Shown here: one piece after another, positions 19,633-31,370 of the stretch
Layout of the letters: the number at the start of each line of letters is the position of its first letter
Position numbering within the stretch: the first letter of the stretch is position 1
Assembly (NCBI GenBank): GCA_015058875.1
Contig: SVBN01000006.1
Location: forward strand, 2,705-66,704
DNA: 64,000 nucleotides
Reading direction: 5' to 3'
DNA from: Erysipelotrichaceae bacterium
GTDB lineage: Bacteria > Bacillota_I > Bacilli_A > Erysipelotrichales > Erysipelotrichaceae
Notes under the pieces: generated by a model
Databases searched by the model: none
Told to the model about the DNA's origin: nothing
What the model saw: the letters and a program-made list of their open reading frames with translations, nothing else
Translations under genes and position numbers: made by a program

Positions 19633-21143
19633 CTGCCCTCTTTCTGCGCTTCAAACTTTTCGGCAAGCGACGGAGCGTTCTTTGTGAGCTTTTTGATTGT
19701 CAGATCCTGCGCCTTGTTGTTTGCCAGCCTCAGGTTCCGGTCGCTTGAAAGCAGCGCATCCTTTGTCTTCTGCAGATGGTCGATCGTTTTGTCAATCTCC
19801 TCGATCGCATTCTGGAATTTTCTTGAAGCAAGCTCATAGTTTTTGGCAAAGGCATCCTTGAATGCATTCATATTCTCTTCAAAGTGCGCAATATCCAGAT
19901 TATTATTCTTTTCGACCATCAGCTGATGCTTGTATTCCACCGCATTCAGCGCCGCATTTCTGAGAATGGTGATAATCGGAATAAAGAACTGCGGACGGAT
20001 CACATACATCTTCGGATAGCGGTAGGACACATCGACAATGCCCTCATTGTACAGATCGTTGTCTATTTCCAGCATGGAAACAAGAATCGCATATTCGCAG
20101 TTCTTTTCCCTTCTGTCCTTGTCGAGTTCCTTCAGGAAGTCTTCATTCCTGTGCTTGGTGGCTGTCGTTTCGTTTTCGTTCTTCATTTCAAACATGATTG
20201 AAATGATTTCGGTGCCGTCTTCCGAAAAATCCCGGAAGATAAAATCGCCCTTGGAGCCGGTTCTGGCGTCATTGTCCTTCTCGAAATATGCCCGCGGGAA
20301 CATGCCCATCCGGTTCCGGTTGAATTCGTAGGAACAATGCTGTTCCAGGGATTCCCCGACCATTTTGGTGGACTGACGGACTTTGAAGTCCTTGTACTGC
20401 TGCACCAGTTCTTTCTGGGAAGCAATTTCCCTGTCCTTGGAGGCAATGGTTTCATTAAAGCTGTCGCGCAGGCTTTCTTCCCTGAGCTGGGCTTCGTTTT
20501 TCTGTGCTTCCAGACGGACGCGGTATTCCTGGATCTCGGAGTTCTTTTCTTCCGTCACCTCGGCAATTGCCTTGTCGATCATCAGCTGCTTTTCACGTTC
20601 CCGGGCGTCCAGCGTATTCTTCAGCAATGCGACCTCATTCCTGTTCTTTTCAATCTGGGCGTCCAGATCCGCCTGACTTTTTGCCTGCTGGGTTTCCAGC
20701 TGATGCTCAAGAGAAGTGATTTTCTGCTGCATTGAGAACAGCTCCTCGCTGTTCTCCTTCTCCTTCAGCACCTGCATTTCCTTCACGGCGCTGTCCTTCT
20801 CGGCTTCCGCCAGCTTCAGGCGGTTCTCCAGCTCCGCAACTGTTTTTTCCAGTTCCGTTTTTCCGCTTTCCAGCTTCGCGCTGTAATCGGACTCCATCAG
20901 CTCCATCCGGTGGCGCGCTTCCTCCAGGGCAGTATCCTTTTCGGCAAGCTGCCGGGCAAAGCCATGCTCGGCTTCCGCCTTCATCAGCTCAATCTGCGCG
21001 TCCATGGTCCGCTTCAGCTCGCTGCTTCTTCTTTCAAGCTCCTCATTGAACTCATGATTGCGGACCTGACGGACAATCGATTCATAATTGGATTCATCAA
21101 TGGTAAATACTTCTCCGCAATGCGGACATTTGATCTGCTGCAT
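19629..21143 (-). CDS. DUF2130 coiled-coil protein
   Basis: IKCPHCGEVFTIDE start, long coiled coil, STKMVGESLEQHC, KGDFIFRD, IMFEMKNE, RPQFFIPII. Confidence 0.85.
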   Translation of the reverse strand: MQQIKCPHCGEVFTIDESNYESIVRQVRNHEFNEELERRSSELKRTMDAQIELMKAEAEHGFARQLAEKDTALEEARHRMELMESDYSAKLESGKTELEKTVAELENRLKLAEAEKDSAVKEMQVLKEKENSEELFSMQQKITSLEHQLETQQAKSQADLDAQIEKNRNEVALLKNTLDAREREKQLMIDKAIAEVTEEKNSEIQEYRVRLEAQKNEAQLREESLRDSFNETIASKDREIASQKELVQQYKDFKVRQSTKMVGESLEQHCSYEFNRNRMGMFPRAYFEKDNDARTGSKGDFIFRDFSEDGTEIISIMFEMKNENETTATKHRNEDFLKELDKDRREKNCEYAILVSMLEIDNDLYNEGIVDVSYRYPKMYVIRPQFFIPIITILRNAALNAVEYKHQLMVEKNNNLDIAHFEENMNAFKDAFAKNYELASRKFQNAIEEIDKTIDHLQKTKDALLSSDRNLRLANNKAQDLTIKKLTKNAPSLAEKFEAQKEGR

Positions 21144-21161
21144 AATACCTCCTAAGGTGTT

Positions 21162-21812
21162 TCATTGTTCGGGAAAGCCGCTGATGCGGGGCAGGTTCAG
21201 ATGATAGCGGGCGGACACAAACCGGATCAGGATAATGATCAGGGATGCACACAGAACCGCGGTTTCCTGACTGACATGATTCAGCAGGATCATCTCGGCA
21301 ATTCCCCCTGCCATTGCCGCAACGGCATAGATATGTTTTGAAAAAATATACGGAAGCTCATTGACGGAAATATCCCTGATCAGTCCGCCTCCGACTCCGG
21401 TTACGACTCCGGAGAACACGCACAGAAACGCGTTCTGCGGAAACAGAGTCCATGCTTTCAGAAGCCCGTATGACGTAAATACGCCGAGTCCGAGGGAATC
21501 CATCACAAACAGCATCCGCTGATACCGCGGAGACATATGGATCTCCTTATGACCGCTCATATATCCGGCTGCCGCAAATACCGCCAGTGACGTCGCTGCC
21601 GCCAGAGCCAGATATACCGGATTCCTGAACGCCGCGGGCGGCGTATCCCCGAGAATCAGATCTCTCAGCACACCGCCGCCGGTGGCTGTCATAATGCCCA
21701 GCGTGATAACGCCGAGCAGATCGGTTTTATGCCGCAATGCCTTCAGTGCGCCGGAGATCGCAAATGCGACCGTTCCGATCACTTCCAGCAGGATCATCGG
21801 TTCTTCCATCAT
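21162..21812 (-). CDS. Trimeric intracellular cation channel (TRIC/UPF0126, YadS-like) membrane protein
   Basis: GTVAFAISGA, TATGGGVLRD, DSLGLGVF, GVGGGLIRD duplicated halves. Confidence 0.87.
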   Translation of the reverse strand: MMEEPMILLEVIGTVAFAISGALKALRHKTDLLGVITLGIMTATGGGVLRDLILGDTPPAAFRNPVYLALAAATSLAVFAAAGYMSGHKEIHMSPRYQRMLFVMDSLGLGVFTSYGLLKAWTLFPQNAFLCVFSGVVTGVGGGLIRDISVNELPYIFSKHIYAVAAMAGGIAEMILLNHVSQETAVLCASLIIILIRFVSARYHLNLPRISGFPEQ

Positions 21813-21990
21813 AACTGCCTCATATACTTCAAGTATTATTCCACAAAATCAGGTTCCGCGGCAGAAAATCCGCTGTAAATTATTTCATCGGGTTTTCCGT
21901 TAAGCGTTTTCACATCTGAATTCATTCTTTTTTTTCCTAGACTTTTCCTGTTCAAACCTGTATGATAGCGGCTAAAAGGGGGCAGTACAT

Positions 21991-23316
21991 ATGAGACTTA
22001 TATATAACGTCCAAGACAAGCCTGCATGGAATCATCTGATCCTTTTCGCGTTCCAGCAGGTACTGGCTATTATGGCCGCAACGATTGCAGTACCGATGAT
22101 TATCGGCAACGGGATGAGCACCGCAGCAGCGATCTTCGGTGCAGGTATGGGCACATTTATCTACATTTTATTCACAGCCCGTAAAAGCCCGGTTTTCCTG
22201 GGCTCTTCTTTTGCATTCATCGGTTCAATGAATGCCGCATTTGCCGGAGCCGTCAGTGTTCAGACAGGATACGTCGGACTGCTGTTCGGTGCACTCTGTG
22301 CCGGACTTGTCTACGTCATTCTTTCCTTCGTCGTCAAATCCGTCGGTGTTGACTGGGTCAACAAACTGATGCCGCCGGTGGTCATCGGTCCTACCGTTGC
22401 CATCATCGGTCTTTCCCTGGCGGGAAATGCGGTCGGCGATCTGCAGACAAGCAGCGCTACAGGCGCACCGACACAGTGGGCAGTGCTCTGCGGACTGGTT
22501 GCACTGTTTACAACAATGCTCTGCAGCACTTACGGCAAAAAAGGCGTCAAGCTGGTACCGTTCATTATGGGTATCCTCGCCGGCTATATCGTTGCTGCAA
22601 TTCTGACATTCATCGGCAATTCCACCGGAAACGCCGCAATGCAGATTACGAACTTTGCACCTCTGCAGAACATCACCAGCCTGTTCGCCGTACCGGACTT
22701 CACCTTCCTGAAGGCGTTCGGCGCCATGGGTGAGGTCGACGCCGGCTATCTCGGAACAGTCGCAGTCGCTTATATTCCAGTCGCATTCGTTGTCTTTGCG
22801 GAACACATTGCCGACCATAAGAACATTTCTTCCATTATCGAACACGACCTGCTGAGCGATCCGGGTCTTGACAGAACACTGCTCGGCGACGGCGTCGGTT
22901 CCATCGTCGGCGCATTCTTCGGCGGATGCCCGAACACAACATACGGTGAATCGGTTGCCTGCGTGGCGATCACAAAGAACGCATCCGTTGCGACAATCGC
23001 CGTTGCGGCTGCGGAGTGCCTGATCATCTCCTTCATCTCACCGTTCATCGCATTCCTCTCCAGCATCCCTGCCTGCGTCATGGGCGGCGTGTGCATGGCT
23101 CTGTACGGATTCATTTCCGTATCCGGTCTGAAGATGCTGCAGAAGGTTGATCTGGAAAAGAACAAGAACCTGTTCGTTGTTTCCACCATCCTGATCGCCG
23201 GTATCGGCGGACTCTCCCTGACATTCGGAAGAGTCACAATCACATCGATCGCATGCGCGCTGATTCTCGGAATCATCGTCAACAACCTGCTGGCAAACGA
23301 TCCCGACTTGAAATAA
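21991..23316 (+). CDS. Uracil/xanthine (NCS2) permease, UraA/PyrP-like
   Basis: FQQVLAIMAATIAVP, FLGSSFAF, EHIADH, signature GGCPNTTYGES; sigma-A-like TAGACT-17-TATGAT upstream. Confidence 0.9.
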   Translation: MRLIYNVQDKPAWNHLILFAFQQVLAIMAATIAVPMIIGNGMSTAAAIFGAGMGTFIYILFTARKSPVFLGSSFAFIGSMNAAFAGAVSVQTGYVGLLFGALCAGLVYVILSFVVKSVGVDWVNKLMPPVVIGPTVAIIGLSLAGNAVGDLQTSSATGAPTQWAVLCGLVALFTTMLCSTYGKKGVKLVPFIMGILAGYIVAAILTFIGNSTGNAAMQITNFAPLQNITSLFAVPDFTFLKAFGAMGEVDAGYLGTVAVAYIPVAFVVFAEHIADHKNISSIIEHDLLSDPGLDRTLLGDGVGSIVGAFFGGCPNTTYGESVACVAITKNASVATIAVAAAECLIISFISPFIAFLSSIPACVMGGVCMALYGFISVSGLKMLQKVDLEKNKNLFVVSTILIAGIGGLSLTFGRVTITSIACALILGIIVNNLLANDPDLK

Positions 23317-23340
23317 TCCGATCCCTCATAGCACTGTAAT

Positions 23341-23369
23341 AAATCCCGGGTCTGAACCGGGATTTTTCA
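23341..23369 (+). terminator. Intrinsic terminator after the permease
   Basis: AAATCCCGG-gtctgaa-CCGGGATTTTT. Confidence 0.75.
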
Positions 23370-23429
23370 TTTCCCGAAAGTAAAAAGCGTCCCGCAGGAC
23401 GCCCTTTACTTGTATGGAAGGACTTCGGA

Positions 23430-26416
<2,987 letters not shown>

Positions 26417-26455
26417 TCAATGATGTTTCTGCCTTCAACCGGCAATAAAAACGTA

Positions 26456-26469
26456 TGTAAGCGCTTTTT
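26456..26469. promoter_or_regulatory. cre-like (CcpA/LacI) site upstream of the GH1 pair
   Basis: TGTAAGCGCTTTTT versus cre consensus TGWAANCGNTNWCA. Confidence 0.5.
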
Positions 26470-26731
26470 CTACCAAAATGGTCTCATTTGACCCGAAAGG
26501 TGTCAAGTGTGAAAAAGAAATCGGCACTATGGTATCAAAGTCGGAAGATAATGCTTTCTGTTTCTTTTCGTTGCATTTTCAAAATGAGACTGAGCTCACC
26601 AGAAAATGCATCTTTTGTGTCAGAGAAAATATGCTGCAAAAAAAAACAGTGAATCACATGTTCTCACCGCATGATATATGCAGCATCATGAATGATTTAC
26701 TGTTCTGCTTTTCAGAACAATGCAGCTGTCT

Positions 26732-27724
26732 CTACAGCACAATGGCTTCTACTTCGGCAGCTGTTTTTCTGAACTTTTCGGCAATTGTACTGATGATGGA
26801 ATCCTTCCCCATCTCAGGATTGATTGAGGATATCAGTTCATATGTGTTCCGGATATCTTCTTTTTCTTTTTTGCTTTCTCCTTCGGCAAGACCAAGTTTC
26901 AATCCTTCTTCTCGGCCTTCCTGACGGCCTTCTTCTTTCATATCTCTGAATGCCTTCCACATATTCACTGTTCCTCCTTCCTCTTCCTGTCTTAATTGTA
27001 TATGTGCCAATGTTTCGATTGCAAGCACCACATCTGCAGATACTTTTCTGTACTTTTCCTGCTCTGCAAGCCGTCTCATTTCATCTTTATCTTCTGACGC
27101 CCGAACCATTTCAAACAGCAGATTCATCTCTGTCTTTAAGGCAGCGATCTGTTCATCGCTCAGTGTATGAACATCAATCAGCGGCATCTCATAATGAAGC
27201 AATCCTTTCGGATATCTTGAAGAGAAAAACGGATCTGTCATCTCATCCAGACACAGCGGACCGTCCCATTTCCTTTCTCCCCAGTAAACCGTCAGTGTAA
27301 TGACCGGCATCAGTTTCATATCTTTCGGAAAACCGCTCAGATATTCATCTGCGGTATATTTGCTTTTATCCGGATCCTTCCGCATCCGCGCAGCGGTATC
27401 CGTCAGAAGTTTTGAAAGATCCGCGAGATGATGAACAGTATTTTTTGCCGGCATAGCATAATCGTCATACGTCAGGCTTTCCGTACCGAACAGAACATAC
27501 ATCTGTTTTCCGTCTGTTTTGATCAGAGCCTGTTTCAGAACGTCCCGTATTCTGTGCCCCGTATACCGTTTTCCGTAATCAATAATCAGTTCTTCCGTAT
27601 TCATTTCTGTCAGTTCTTCAGGTTTTACAATCGGATCCCCATGGAAGACTGTAAGATTGAATAATTCCGCAAAGTTTTCGTTTTTGGCAAGTACATTCTT
27701 TGTGGTAATATCTGCTTTTCCCAT
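26732..27724 (-). CDS. Rpn-family (PD-(D/E)xK, transposase_31-like) recombination-promoting nuclease / putative antiphage toxin
   Basis: MGKADITTK...FAELFN, RIRDVLK, YAMP, PVITLTVYWG..WDGPL.L, C-terminal EEGRQEGREEG repeats; visibly more AT-rich than its neighbours. Confidence 0.78.
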   Translation of the reverse strand: MGKADITTKNVLAKNENFAELFNLTVFHGDPIVKPEELTEMNTEELIIDYGKRYTGHRIRDVLKQALIKTDGKQMYVLFGTESLTYDDYAMPAKNTVHHLADLSKLLTDTAARMRKDPDKSKYTADEYLSGFPKDMKLMPVITLTVYWGERKWDGPLCLDEMTDPFFSSRYPKGLLHYEMPLIDVHTLSDEQIAALKTEMNLLFEMVRASEDKDEMRRLAEQEKYRKVSADVVLAIETLAHIQLRQEEEGGTVNMWKAFRDMKEEGRQEGREEGLKLGLAEGESKKEKEDIRNTYELISSINPEMGKDSIISTIAEKFRKTAAEVEAIVL

Positions 27725-27849
27725 ATGCAAGTCTCCGTTTCCTGATAAATATCTCCGTTAAGAATATTTGCCAAAAAAATGAAATCCCCGAAAAAAACTG
27801 AAAAAAGCCAAAAAAAATCTCCCGAACTTAATCAGGAGATCGGTCGAAA

Positions 27850-28986
27850 TCAGTTTTCCAGTGCTTCTGCACATTTAACCAGAAGATCTCTGATCGGCAG
27901 ATGCTGAGGGCATGCGCCTTCACAGGCACCGCACTGAATGCACTGGGAAGCTTTTCCGTGCGGCTCTTTCGTTGCGTTGGCGTAAGCACGCTTTGCAGCT
28001 TCTGTCTGACTGAAGATCATCTCACGGTTCATTGCCGCAAAGATATCCGGGATACGAATCTGCATCGGACATCCGTCCACACAGTATTTGCAGGCAGTGC
28101 AGGGAATCTGAGGAATAGCCGCAAGAGCTTTCTGTGCTTCGCCGATTGTCTTGCGTTCTTCGTCGGTCATTCCGCTGAATCCTGCCATGTAGGAAGTGTT
28201 GTCTTCCATCTGCTCAATATTGGACATGCCGGAAAGAACAACCATGACATTCGGCTGGTCGGCAACGAATCTGACTGCCCAGGATGCTGCGGACATATCC
28301 GGTTCGGCAGCTGTCAGGATATCTTTTACAGACTGCGGCGGATTCGCAAGCGTTCCGCCCTTGACCGGTTCCATAACGACCACCGGCTTATTGTGCTTTA
28401 CACATACTTCATAGCACATTCTGGACTGCACTGTCGGGCTGTCCCAGTCGGCATAGTTGATCTGAAGCTGGACAAATTCCGCTTCCGGATGTTTTGTCAG
28501 GATTTCATCCAGAACATCCGCCGTATCATGGAATGAGAAACCGACATGTTTGATCAGACCTTTTGCCTTCTGTTCCTGCACAAATTCCCAGATATGATAT
28601 TCTTCATATTTGTCAATGTTATTCCTGCTGAGGGCATGCAGCAGATAGAAGTCAAAATATCCGGCACCTGTTCTCTCAAGACTGGTCCAGAATTCCTGCT
28701 TCGCGGATTCCTCGTCATGGCATGCATACGCGCCGGCGTTCAGCTTGCTTGCAAGAAAGTAGGATTCACGCGGATAACGGTCCACCAGGGCAGCTTTTGC
28801 GGCCGCTTCGGATCCGTTGTAAACAAATGCGGTATCAAAATACTTCAGACCGGCTGCGAGGAACTTATCCACCATTACCTTGGTCTGTTCGACATCGATC
28901 TCATCTGTTTCCTTGTTGCTGCGGGGCAGTCTCATCAGACCAAACCCAAGTTTCGGCATGTTTTTCACAAATTCTTTTTCCAGCAT
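27850..28986 (-). CDS. Aldo/keto reductase with C-terminal 4Fe-4S dicluster domain
   Basis: KLGFGLMRLP, YFDTAFVY, YFDFYLLH, VMEPVKGG, CTACKYCVDGCP, CIQCGACEGACPQ. Confidence 0.92.
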   Translation of the reverse strand: MLEKEFVKNMPKLGFGLMRLPRSNKETDEIDVEQTKVMVDKFLAAGLKYFDTAFVYNGSEAAAKAALVDRYPRESYFLASKLNAGAYACHDEESAKQEFWTSLERTGAGYFDFYLLHALSRNNIDKYEEYHIWEFVQEQKAKGLIKHVGFSFHDTADVLDEILTKHPEAEFVQLQINYADWDSPTVQSRMCYEVCVKHNKPVVVMEPVKGGTLANPPQSVKDILTAAEPDMSAASWAVRFVADQPNVMVVLSGMSNIEQMEDNTSYMAGFSGMTDEERKTIGEAQKALAAIPQIPCTACKYCVDGCPMQIRIPDIFAAMNREMIFSQTEAAKRAYANATKEPHGKASQCIQCGACEGACPQHLPIRDLLVKCAEALEN

Positions 28987-29006
28987 GTTCTCCTCCTTCT
29001 TGCTGT

Positions 29007-29600
29007 TTATCTGCTCTGAATCACATAATCGCAGATTTCTCTGATTTTAAATGCTTCAAAGTATTTTTCTTCCAGCGGAATCCACCTTTCCCTGAATTCC
29101 TGCACTTTTCCTTCACCGTCACGGATTCTGACACGGTCCAGCTGCTGTTCCGATGCAATATCCATGAAGATCTTCAGGCCGCTGTATTTCTGCAGCTCCG
29201 GATGGCAGCTGTATGAACCTTCCAGTATCATCGCATTTTCATACGGGAAGCTGAAGGGTTCGCTTAATGACATAATGCCGCGGATGAATTTCCGGAAGCT
29301 GATTTCCTTTCCTTCCCTGAAAGGAATCAGCACCTCTTCCGTCAGCCGTTCCCGGTCCACATTTCCGCCCGGTTCCGCATAGCGCTCCGGCGTTCTCTGT
29401 TCTTTCCTGAGAAAGAAGTCGTCCATATGCATGACGGGAATCCCGGTCTTTTCAGACAGGATCCGGGCAAAAGTTGTTTTGCCGGATGTGCATCTTCCGT
29501 CGATGGCAATGATGATACGTTCTTTCTCTTTCTGCAGGACAGCAATCCTTTCAAGGATTTCTTCCGTTTCTTCCGGAAGAATCGTTTCCGTCTGTGTCAT
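29007..29600 (-). CDS. Uridine kinase / phosphoribulokinase-like P-loop kinase
   Basis: IAIDGRCTSGKTT, MDDFF, LEGSYS; start chosen from ATGA overlap with the upstream GNAT gene. Confidence 0.78.
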   Translation of the reverse strand: MTQTETILPEETEEILERIAVLQKEKERIIIAIDGRCTSGKTTFARILSEKTGIPVMHMDDFFLRKEQRTPERYAEPGGNVDRERLTEEVLIPFREGKEISFRKFIRGIMSLSEPFSFPYENAMILEGSYSCHPELQKYSGLKIFMDIASEQQLDRVRIRDGEGKVQEFRERWIPLEEKYFEAFKIREICDYVIQSR

Positions 29601-30127
29601 TCTGCCTTTTTCCTGCAGCAACAGCAGATCTCTTCAAGTGCACGCTTCTCACCCTTTGCGAGCTTATCGCAGGAGGCGCAGAGCACTGCTTTTTCCGCAT
29701 CCTTTTCTATTTTGCTGAAACCGCGCTTCAGCAGAAACTCCAGTGATTCATTGGTTTCCGGATTCACCGTGACCCGCAGTGTGCGGATACCGTTTTCCTG
29801 CGCAATCCGGGCGATTTCCTTCAGCGTCCATCCGCCGTATCCTGATTCTCTCAGGTCTTTCTGGATAATCAGAGTCAGCTCGGCACTGTCCTCTGCTACT
29901 CTTTCATAGGAGACTTCTCCGACAAAATATCCGCATCCTTCACAGTAAATCAGACGGAACATACGCTCCGCAGGATTTTCTTCCGCAAACCAGTATTCAC
30001 AGAACCGGTCATATTGCTCTTCCGGGAAATCAACTGTTCCGGGGCGGAACGCCATGGTACGTGCATCACCCAGCAGTTTTGCATGATACTCCAGCTCATA
30101 CGTCTCCGGCAATATCAGTTCGGGCAT
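29597..30127 (-). CDS. GNAT-family acetyltransferase, Cys-rich
   Basis: LIIQKDLRESGYG, NESLEFLLKRGF; CEGC, CASC and CCCC motifs. Confidence 0.72.
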   Translation of the reverse strand: MPELILPETYELEYHAKLLGDARTMAFRPGTVDFPEEQYDRFCEYWFAEENPAERMFRLIYCEGCGYFVGEVSYERVAEDSAELTLIIQKDLRESGYGGWTLKEIARIAQENGIRTLRVTVNPETNESLEFLLKRGFSKIEKDAEKAVLCASCDKLAKGEKRALEEICCCCRKKAE

Positions 30128-30152
30128 AGTTCACCTCCGTCCTATATTGTAC

Positions 30153-31370
30153 TTAATTTTCCCGGAATTGTTTTCTGATATGCTTCAGAAGTCCCGCAGC
30201 CTCCGATCCGTCGGTATCGCTGCTTCTGCCGTACCTGACGGGCAGCCACAGTTCTCTCAGACGCGCAGGATCCCCGCTTTTCAGCATGCCCGAAGAAGCT
30301 TTCATGATTTCATCCGAAGCCATGGAACCATCAGCCGCAATATTATGCTTCATGCACAGCAGCAGATACTTCCTGTATATTTCCCTGACAGGCGTCAATG
30401 GTCTGCGCATCAGATCCGCAATCAGTCCCCTTTTCCTGCCCCGCAGATCTTCCCGCTGGTAAACAGCTCCGGATTCCGCCGCAATACCGCGGTTCTGCAT
30501 AATCCTGCGGATCAGCCATACTGCAGTCACCGCCAGCAGCAATGCCGGCAGCGCCCGCCAGAGAATGCTCAGCCACAGAGGCGTCCCGGCAGTCTGCACC
30601 TCCGGAAAAAATGTTTCTCCGATGGATTCGAAGCCCATCTCACTCTCATCATAGCCGAAGCTTCCGCCGAGCAGTGCAAACAGCCATAATACCGGTCCCT
30701 TCAGGACGTTCAGAAGTCCCAGCATCAGGAAGGCAAACAGCATCAGCAGCGGATACAGAACATACCGGTAAAACGCATGCAGTATCATCGATGCAAATGC
30801 CCTTGCCGGCTTTGAAGTCAGAAGCAGGCTGAGTGCCGTGACTGCCGCAATGGGAATCAGATTCATTGCGGCATAGCGGTTTCCGAACGATGTCACAGCG
30901 CTGTTTCTGAGCATTCTGAGATTATAAACGCTCAGAATCAGGAATACGGTAAAGAAAGGCACGGAAGCCCGGGCAATGTTCGCAGCCAGATGCGTCTCAT
31001 ACACATACAGCAGAAAGATCATGACCGCATAGCCTGCAGTCCCGGTATTCAGCAGCATATGGGTGCCGGAATATCCCGGTGACCAGTGTCCGCTGCGGAT
31101 CTTCAGAAACAGACAGACAATCACCGGTACCGCTGCCGCCAGGAATGCACCGGATACCCCCTGCACAAACATCAGGGCACAGAAAGCAAGCGGCAGATAT
31201 TTCAGAATAGAATCCGGATGGTACAGCAGCGAGGCGATGCAGCAGAGTACTGATGCAGCCAGAATCAGCAGACTGGAAGACAGGGAATTCATGCCGGCCG
31301 TCAGATACCCGAAGGTTGCCAGATAAAGACAGATCTCACGGATCAGGGATGTCAGTTCGATCCAGATCAT
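30153..31370 (-). CDS. Multi-pass membrane protein with DUF4129-like C-terminal domain
   Basis: Many hydrophobic segments; tail VREIYRKYL...LWLPVRYG; third gene of the MoxR operon. Confidence 0.7.
   Translation of the reverse strand: MIWIELTSLIREICLYLATFGYLTAGMNSLSSSLLILAASVLCCIASLLYHPDSILKYLPLAFCALMFVQGVSGAFLAAAVPVIVCLFLKIRSGHWSPGYSGTHMLLNTGTAGYAVMIFLLYVYETHLAANIARASVPFFTVFLILSVYNLRMLRNSAVTSFGNRYAAMNLIPIAAVTALSLLLTSKPARAFASMILHAFYRYVLYPLLMLFAFLMLGLLNVLKGPVLWLFALLGGSFGYDESEMGFESIGETFFPEVQTAGTPLWLSILWRALPALLLAVTAVWLIRRIMQNRGIAAESGAVYQREDLRGRKRGLIADLMRRPLTPVREIYRKYLLLCMKHNIAADGSMASDEIMKASSGMLKSGDPARLRELWLPVRYGRSSDTDGSEAAGLLKHIRKQFREN

Noticed and set aside
21813-21990. PyrR-type attenuator or purine riboswitch upstream of the uracil/xanthine permease
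   Set aside because: No AGUCCAGAGAGGCU-like loop or aptamer; the promoter is about 25 nt from the start codon, leaving no room
26700-27850. Rpn gene as an IS-like mobile element
   Set aside because: No terminal inverted repeats or target-site duplication found; reported as a CDS only
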